This document shows, piece by piece, positions 45,101 to 64,000 of a stretch of 64,000 nucleotides of DNA. The stretch is from Podarcis filfolensis. Its lineage: Eukaryota. The number at the start of each line of letters is the position of its first letter. The first letter of the stretch is position 1. Where the stretch lies: the NCBI GenBank assembly GCA_964270895.1, contig OZ185438.1; one strand, given 5' to 3'. The translations under genes were made by a program, and so were the position numbers. The notes under the pieces are model-generated. The model did not search any database, had not been told where the DNA came from, and saw nothing but the letters and a program-made list of their open reading frames with translations.

Positions 45101-48100
45101 AATTCAGAGTGGTGTCCCTAAGACGGTTGGATGGCATCTTGTATACCTCCTTCCGGCAATTCCTGCAGCCAAGCTGGTGCCAGACATATTGCTCTGCTTT
45201 CCTTTGGACCACATCAGCAAGGCCAAGAGGGAGGTCTTGTTGTCTGGGCAGCCCAGGACCCCCATACACACTGCCCAGGCTTATGCTCTAGGGAGGTCAG
45301 CTGGGTGCTGCTAACACAGCGGTTTGACTTCAGCCCCGGAGGCGCACTCCAGTGTCTCCTGAGACAGACGGATTCCAACAACAACCGTTACTATAGTTCA
45401 TGCACTTCACAATTTAAGAGCCAGAGTAACTCCCATGTTTAGGGGACATGTTACATGGGAGGAAAAGTTGGTGGAGACAAATAATAATTTTTAGCTGGTT
45501 TGGACAGCCAGCTGAATCTTGTGATTCTTAATCCTGTTGAGTGGATTAAGTAGGTGAGGTACAAATAGTGGCTTGTACTACTGCAACTGAAAGAGCAAGA
45601 GTTCTTGCTGCTTTCAGAAAGCCTCCAATGTGCTACTTCAGGGATAAGGGTTTTGCCTTTATCCTGTGCTACACAGGTCAAAATATGTGATTGCCACTGC
45701 TGAGTGTATCTGGTATTATTAGGCTTCAAACACACTATAATTGATTGATGAAGAAGCATTGCCCATTGTCCCAGACATTCCATACTTGTACAGATGAAGC
45801 AAAGAAGCTTGGCCTGTTTTAACTGAAAAAGTGCAAAGAGATTCGTGTCCACAGGAAAAAGATGGCAATTATACAAGGCTGGTCCCAGAGGAACTTGACA
45901 CCCAGCTAAGAGTTGTTTGAGTTAATTAACATATTGGGCAGGAAATATTTTCTAAAAGCTTTGGGACTTGCTAGACAAGACAGTACAGATTTCTTGTCAC
46001 TTAAAGCATCAGTGAATACTTGGGAATTAATAAGGAGAGAGTGTTGCAGAATAAAGGTGCTACAGCTGAAAAGACCCTGCACTTCATGCCCACTCACCAT
46101 GCCTCAAAATGTTAGGACACTGAGCAGAAGATCATACTACACAGGAAAGTTCACGTGGAAGCAAATGGCCCTTGAAATATCAAGGCCTATGTATTTCAAG
46201 GGCTTTGTGCATCAAAACCAAATGCAGTATTTAAGAACTGGAAAGTTGTGTTTCCCAATTCCAATAAGCAGTCTTGCTGTATTTATATTAAATGTATGTC
46301 CTACTGATATTAGTGGCTTCCAACTAGTGACTATATAAAGTCGCCAATGCCATGGTTGTAGGTACAGGTGCAACAAAATAGCACTATGCTAGTTCAGAGA
46401 GAAGACATGCAGTGTTAGTACCTAGTTTAGTAGAAATTTCTGCTAAACTGTCAGATGGCATTTCAACACAATTAAGGTGGGATTTATTTCTACATCTTTC
46501 TTCCAACATATCCAAATGCTTCTCATGGACCAGCAGAATTCAGGCAAGAAGAAAGAGTTGTCTGTCTATATATACAAACAACATAATTATTTTTAGTCAG
46601 GTTCCATTAAAATACATGCACCACAATTTATTTTATTCATGTATAGCCTGCCCGTCTCCCACAAAGGGCTCCAGGGAGGAAACAGAGTGGAATACATTTT
46701 TTGGGGGTGGGGAGTCTTGTGGCACTTTAAATACTGACCAATTTATTATGACATAGGCTTTTGTAGACTACAGTACACTCTTTTCAGATGTATGAAGTGT
46801 TATCTTGAGCTACATGTATTGAGTGGGGGAGAAGTGTAAAACAGTGAGGTCAGAAGCAAATGAAATGCAGTACAATAGTGATAATTACTAGCAATGGCCA
46901 GTCACAACAAAAAAATGTCAATAGTACAAACCTCTTCTCAACTTACCCATTTCATAATAGGGGCCCAGAAAAACACTGTTTTAGGACCTGAAAGAGAAAT
47001 ATTTCATTAGATACATGATTCTGCTGTGTGACGATTTGCACAAAACCACTGACTTGTGTGAATTATTAAAACAGCAAGTAGCCTTGATGCACATGCACCA
47101 AGAGGATTGTTATGTTTTACACTACAGCACAGGGGAGAAGTGATAAAAGCTCTTCTGCTGAGGTGCAATCAAATATCTGAAAACAGGAAATGGGAGTTAT
47201 GACACAAAGGACAGTTTTACCAAAGTGGTGGAAGAAAATGCAGATGACACCCACACACATGAAGAAATATTATCCCCTGCCCCAACACTGCTGGCATTTG
47301 TCCAGAGGTACCAGGCACTACTTTCTGCCATGATTAGCTGGGGGCCCCATTATGTGTGGGTCAGGAACAAATGTTTCTGTCTCTAGTACAGTACTTGTTA
47401 ACAGCGCAAAAACTACAACAGATCCACAAAGTTGCTTTTCTCTTGCAACACAGGTTTTGCAATTGTCTGTTGCTCCATTTTTCCTTATGTGCAATCATAA
47501 TACTTATACAACGCTATTCAAAGCACTTCATGAGGAATCTGACACCAAGCTGAATGCATATTCTGCTTCCTACCTTCTGTTGTCTGACCTGTTCAAACTA
47601 CTTTTGTACCTTTTTTGTAGCACCTGAAGGTTACAAACACTTCGAGGTGTAATTAAAAGAAATGCAGAAAACAATGTCGCTCCTATGGAAGTGATGGCCA
47701 ATTTCACAATTCTCTGGAGCCATTCTTCTTCAGAGATTAAACCAAAGTCTTACAGAGTACTTTGCCGTACAATGTGAACTTTTCATTGTTTGAAACATTG
47801 TTTGACTCACTCCAACCCTCTTTGTAGCAAAACCCTCACATTTTGCAGCACCTCCAAAATTAGGTTACTGTCTTACTCATTGTGGGTCCATACTAGAGTT
47901 ATTGTTCTTCACCTTTGTTTTTCAATGAATGTATGAGACTGGTGCACAACCACTAAACAACAAGACAACTGTCTGGCAAGTTCACATTGTTGGTAATACT
48001 CTCTTTTTAGTGTCTATTAAGTTTAAAACACACTTAGAAGATGCCCCAAAGAGCTCACTAGGATTGCCTTCTGGGAAGCAGAACTTGCAAGTCAACAGTT

Positions 48101-51100
48101 ACTCACTTGTGAAGGTGCAGCAAGATGTGGTCATTTCACTACAAAACCATTGCAAAACTTTGGTACCGATTTGAAGAAGAACTTCTATAGAAGTTGTTCT
48201 AAAGTTAAGCTATGCAACTGAGAGAAACATTAAGTCAAGATGTTATGTAGGTAAATGAAGTTGCTACTTTCAGTGATGGGATTATTCAGGTTGTTGTTTT
48301 TAAAAAATCATTATTTCTAAATATACTTAAATTTGTTGCAATCTGTACATTTCTTGCAAGACAGAAGCCCAGTTATTCTTGATGCATTTGAGGAATTCTA
48401 AAGAGCTTTCTATTCAGAGGAGCTACACAAAGAACAAATGGAACGCTCCAAGTCATGTGGTACTGCTGCCAACACCAACTTTCTATTGCATAGCAACTGT
48501 CACGAAAAGCAGAGATGGTTACTTTTCAGAACTTTTCATGTCCTTTAGCAAGACTGACAAACTATTGTGAAAGACAGAAAAAGTACTGAAACAAGTATAC
48601 ATAATTAGGGTGTTTCACAAACCAGATGTCACAGGATTTTCCTCAGCTACTGCAGCTTGTATTCTAGGTAAAATGTCACTTATCAAATTAGGCCATCAAA
48701 CTGACCTGCACCATGGACATGACGCAAATTTGGAAAATATGCCTGAATGCCAACAGCAGTTCAAACTTGGACACTCAGTTCAACAGGTATGAAACTAAGC
48801 CACATCTTTAGTCAAATCCTTTCCTTTAAAAATGAGCCAACATTTGTCAGAAGCTCTTGAAGAAATGCTTTTTGGAATAAACTTTTTGCTACATGTGGAC
48901 AGTAAACTATTATTCCATGAATCCCCTTTTCCAGAAAGTGAAGATGACATTGTGAGGAAAGGAATCTGCAACACCTGACAATAATTTAGTGTATTCCTTT
49001 CATTGCTTGACTTTACTTCAGAGCCTTAATAATACAGCAAATATATGAACTGCTCATAAGGTATGTTTCACAAACATTATGTCAGTAATCCTCAGCACTA
49101 TTGAGTAAGTTAGAGCAGCACTGTAATTTGCTACCTACAGAATCCAGAGCAAACGCTGAATCAGATAGTCCTCAATCTAAAGTCAGGAACTATACTAAAG
49201 TCATGACATGCAAAACTAATTTTAAATTTGCATGAATGTGAAGTAGAGTCCCAACTTCAATTTTAAAGTACAATATGACAAGTTTTGCACTAATATAATT
49301 CAGTATTTGTATTCACACTTCCCTGACAGACAGTGGTTTATTCCTTCTGCAAGCTTCTTTCACAAGAAATAAATGTTTCTGCCATCAGGCCTTTGGTATC
49401 AGTTGAATCACCTTTCATGGTATTTTTCATTTGTGTAAGAGGCATAGTACTTTGCTGAATCCAAGTCTCCCAATAAAAGCTGAGACTATAAAGTAGCATA
49501 ATGCAGGAACATGTTATGTTCTGCACAGAGAATTTACATCCACAATTAAGTAATGCAGTTACTGAAGTATAGATAAGATTAGCTTTTGCAACTACCAGAA
49601 AATCTTATGACAAGTGATTCCTCTGTCCAAACACCACAAACTGGCTTGCATTAAAGAGTCGCAAAGGAAGAAATAATCTTGTTAATTGATTTTTGTCTTT
49701 TTATAAAGCCCATCTACAAATGACCTCTAAAGGATTCACACTGGAGAGATAGCGAAGCCAAAGAAGCCAGTTGCAGATAAAAAAAGAAAGATAAAGAGCT
49801 GCATGTTTAAAAATGGATTATAAGTAATGATAAGAGAATACCAGTACTTTCCCCAGTAAGTAAATCAAAGGGTGATTATGGTTAAATTCAGTCTAGAGGA
49901 AAAGTCAACAACAGAGTAGGAATTTGTAATCAAGTCTACCAGTTTCCTAATTTTTAGACTATTTTGTTATCCAGTTATGTTGTTGTATGGTTGCTGACAG
50001 CCACCAAGAATCACAATGTTTTAGGAAGTTTTGAGAAAGAATGACCTAATGGCAGTTTCCACTGAAAACCTATATTTCAAAAGCCCCTTGAATGAACAGA
50101 AGAGAATCTCCTGACAATATGATAAATGAGGGATGGTGTGTGTGTGTGGGGAGGGATTACTTCCTATAACTCACTGCTTTTCTTTCAACGTGTGTGGGAG
50201 TAAAGTAGTCGGCTACCTTTCTAGGACCTACTGTATAATTTCTGTGGTTAGGCAACCATTAAGGCCACCTCTGGATTTTAGTGGGCCCTAAGCAACAGAA
50301 CTGCAGGGAATCCTTTCTGAACATGCAAGTTTTTGAGGAGCTGGTGCAATCTGACTAAGAAGCATCCCTTCACAAGAAAATAATCTTTTAAAGGAGCAGA
50401 CAGTTGCAAGATTGACCCATGCCATGTAGGAAAGCCCCAACTTTATCCTCTAAGCTGACCTGCTTCAATGAAGGACAGGCATCTTGAATTTTAAATAGCA
50501 GCACAGAAAGAGGACTTTCAGCAGGTGCAGCTTCTCTTACCCCTACATGGCAATTTCTCTTTGCATCTGGTCACCATAATAAATCTCTCACCATTCCTAG
50601 TGAAAGGAAAGTTTGTTTTCCCAGAAGCATCTGTGTCAAAGAGGACAAACAGAACTTTGGCTTCTATGCAGCCTTTGTTAACGACAATAACAATTAACCT
50701 GCAGGAAGCAGAAGCATAGAAGGGCTGGTCTCAGGCTGCACTAAGGCGGCCAAAAAACTGCAACTCAGACCTCCACAAAGCCTGCCCACCCATCACCATG
50801 GAAGAAATGCTACCACCTTGCAGGAGTTCTCAAGGACAGAGATTAAACCATCTACTTTGCCATGTCTCCAAGTACTAACCAACTCTGACCTGGGGCGTTT
50901 AAATTTTATTTCTACCCCACTCTTTTGCCAAAGAATTCTGTCCCCACCCTGGCCTTTTCCTACTCCTCATAATCCTGTGAAGTAGGCCAGTATGAGAGAT
51001 GACAACTGGTCCAAGGCCAATGGCCATGGGGAGATGAACTCCAGTCCCTGGTCTGGAGCGAGCAGAATGACCAGATACAACACAAGCACACATTTTTCAC

Positions 51101-51406
51101 ATTTTTTATAGGAACTGAGGCACTGGAGGGTGGGAGGGGGCTTTGTTTGGTTTCCAGGCATATATTATTCGTTTTTACAAATAAGGGTTCTCTCTGTCTC
51201 TCAAACACACGCACACACTTTCACATACACCATTTCACCAGTTATCCCCAGCTGGCGAGCAAGGAAACGACCTCCCCCATCTCCTCCTCCCCTCAAATAC
51301 CTGCCGGGTGGTTGTACAAGGGACGCAGCCGGGGCGGCAACATGAGCTCGATTCGGTCCAGGAACCGGTGGTAAGAGGCACGAAACCCTGCGGCGGCGGC
51401 CGCCAT
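42139..51406 (-). CDS. MPC2: Mitochondrial pyruvate carrier 2, complete spliced CDS complement(join(42139..42178,44004..44115,44478..44562,46947..46987,51301..51406)), 384 nt, 127 aa
   Basis: Translation MAAAAAGFRASYHRFLDRIELMLPPRLRPLYNHPAGPKTVFFWAPIMKWGLVCAGMADMTRPADKLSTSQSAVLTATGLIWSRYSLVIIPKNWGLFTVNFFVGCAGGSQLYRIWRYNQDLKAKELEK; all introns GT-AG; matches the MPC2/BRP44 family. Confidence 0.97.
44004..44115 (-). CDS. MPC2: MPC2 coding exon 4 (LIWSRYSLVIIPKNWGLFTVNFFVGCAGGSQLYRIW), 112 nt
   Basis: Minus strand aacag|GT CTT ATC...TGG AG|GTAGGT. Confidence 0.96.
44478..44562 (-). CDS. MPC2: MPC2 coding exon 3 (GLVCAGMADMTRPADKLSTSQSAVLTAT), 85 nt
   Basis: Minus strand ttttatag|GGC TTG...ACA G|GTATGT. 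Confidence 0.96.
44650..45385 (+). mobile_element. Non-coding non-LTR retroelement derivative (RTE- or Vingi-like) with (CAA)n tail, in MPC2 intron
   Basis: GC-richer ~740-bp block; ctctcacttgtggctcc...ggctaaaccagg...gtctcaaaccc resembles RTE-type 5' UTRs as recalled; ends in caacaacaac; no TSD found; left boundary approximate. Confidence 0.5.
46712..46800 (+). mobile_element. Penelope-like terminal fragment
   Basis: gagtcttgtggcactttaaatactgaccaatttattatgacataggcttttgtagactacag...cagatg; same family as 14155. Confidence 0.5.
46947..46987 (-). CDS. MPC2: MPC2 coding exon 2 (PKTVFFWAPIMKW), 41 nt
   Basis: Minus strand ctttcag|GT CCT AAA...AAA TGG|GTAAGT. Confidence 0.96.
50960..51055 (-). 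mobile_element. Old MIR-like SINE fragment
   Basis: cctcataatcctgtgaagtaggccagtatgagagatgacaactggtccaaggcc; similar to the 14665 copy. Confidence 0.5.
51301..51406 (-). CDS. MPC2: MPC2 first coding exon (MAAAAAG...YNHPAG)
   Basis: ATG at 51406 on minus; donor GCAG|GTATTT at 51301/51300. Confidence 0.95.
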
Positions 51407-52311
51407 TCTGTGTGCGGGTGACAGCGGCTGATGCAACGAAACCCCCGCTCGACCTGTCGTCGTCCTCCTTCTCCTCCGTCTAAGCAGAGGAGGGGGGAAA
51501 ACACAAAAACCCACAACCCCTCCTCACGAACAGAAGCAGGTGGTGGGGCGAGCCGCTGTTCCTGATTCTGATTTGTTCACGGACGAAGCAAGAGGCGGGG
51601 CTTAAACAGCTGGCTTTCGCGTTATTGGCTAGCTACGACATTACCGGCTTTGCCACCCGACGTTGATGACATTCTTGCGGTCAATTGGCGTCCTCTTTTT
51701 ATGACGGTATGAGCGGCGGACGATGACTGATGACGATTCAAGCAAAGCTTTCGGGGACCTGGCTCCCAAAACAAACATGTCCGCCTTCAATGTTCCTTTG
51801 CCCTCACCCAGGATGGGTTTTGTTTTGAAAAGGCTCGTTAAGGGTGGTGGTTGTTGCCCTTTTAACTCCCCTGCTTAGACATCTTTGAGCAGCCCGTGTA
51901 CAGAAAGCGTAAGAAAAGCCGATAAGGCGGCTTTCTCCCGGTGTCCAGACCCGTACTGAGGGATGACCGCTAAACGGCGACACGGACATCTCAATGGCCA
52001 TTTTTGTGACCGTGAGCGGCGGTAGGACGAGGGGCCGGGTGAATTCTCGCGATATCCTTTGCGAGCGGATCCCTGGATGTGGGAGGAGCAGAGGAGCAGC
52101 GGGGGGAGGGGCTTAGGCTGCCGTTGCTGGAGCCCGACAGGGGTGATATTGTTGTTGAGCGGTGGGGTGGTGGTGGTGGTGGTTACGCGCGCGTAAAGCG
52201 CGCACGCGGGTCTCCATGGTGAAGGCGGGGGAGGGGGCGGCCTCAGCAAGTGGCAGCGACTGATGTCGCTGGCGGCGGCGAGTCGGATCCCCCTGGTCAG
52301 CGCGCGGTGCC

Positions 52312-63171
<10,860 letters not shown>

Positions 63172-64000
63172 GTAAGAGACACTTTTATAAGAGGGTGTGA
63201 ATAAAGAGCTATATTGTTTTCAGAACCTGAGATCTCATAATCCTGGCCTACTTTGGTCCTGATGCTGTTAAATCTAGTGAGGTGACCAGGAACTATATGA
63301 AGGAAAAATATAATTTGTTATTTTTGAAATATGTATTACTTATCTGTCATATCATAATACTATAATATTGAACAGATATGAAAAACTTGATTTGGTTTGA
63401 ATTCAGGCTTTTTATGAACTATTTGATATGTTACAGCACTTTGTTATGGAGCATCCTTAAACTCATTGATATTTAGATAACATAAGAATCAATCCAGCTG
63501 TGAAAATAATTTACCAAATTCTTTATGACTATAATAGTAATAGGATTTATTTTTCTAATTTATACAGAGTTGCTTCCAAGTATGCATTTTACTTAACTAT
63601 TTTACCTCATTTTTATAGGCTATACTCAGTATTGTTCCTTTTTATGTTGAAACTATTTGCAGTACTTAATCTCATTGCGTTGCTCTTTACATCCAATTAT
63701 CTGTACATAAATCTATTCTAGCCCAATCCTTTTAAAGTAGCTTAGGCAATCCCTGCCCCTTGTGATTCACTTTTTGGCCTCTTTTTATGAGAAAATCTTA
63801 GACAGATGAAAGCTTTGTGTTTACAGCTGCAAGTTGATGTTACTAAAGAATGCTTTTGTTTGCTTAGTCTTTTTGTTGTGGCCATACCCGTCTGTTGTCC
63901 AATAACATGCTTAAAATATATATTAACATGGGCCAGAGTTGGCTTTTTCTAAAACACAACCATATTGATTTTTTTTCTAGGATTGTATTAGTTGGTGTAA

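Noticed and set aside
51663-51730. TGATGA...CTGA pattern resembling a C/D-box snoRNA
   Set aside because: Lacks the purine before the C box and a terminal stem. It lies in a promoter, where TGACG/TGATGA are better read as ATF/CRE-like half-sites.
63981-64000. Acceptor-like ttttttctag|GAT at the window end as DCAF6 exon 6
   Set aside because: Translates DCISWC, not the expected DILINCRRAA-like sequence; exon 6 is probably beyond the window.

Overview
Eukaryotic (vertebrate) genomic DNA, most likely a squamate lizard; a lacertid is inferred from the Sauria-type SINE with (ACCTTT)n tail and the L2/MITE content. Three spliced protein-coding genes were assembled by hand from GT-AG exons. MPZL1 (+, 6 coding exons, 7058-34112, 282 aa, complete). 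MPC2 (-, 5 coding exons, 51406-42139, 127 aa, complete). DCAF6 (+, first 5 coding exons, 52312-63171, runs off the window end). MPC2 and DCAF6 are head-to-head on one CpG island, with ATGs about 0.9 kb apart. The rest is intron/intergenic DNA with many transposon relics: L2, CR1, L1, RTE-like, Gypsy, hAT and Tc1/mariner MITEs, and SINEs. Most entries in the supplied ORF track are spurious. I see no novel multi-gene system. The most worthwhile leads are regulatory or evolutionary: no ADCY10 between MPZL1 and MPC2, a TGATG-coupled pair of uORFs over the DCAF6 start, candidate microexons in MPC2 and MPZL1, and an apparent acceptor shift in MPZL1 exon 2. Comparisons to human proteins and repeat families are from memory; no alignments were run.
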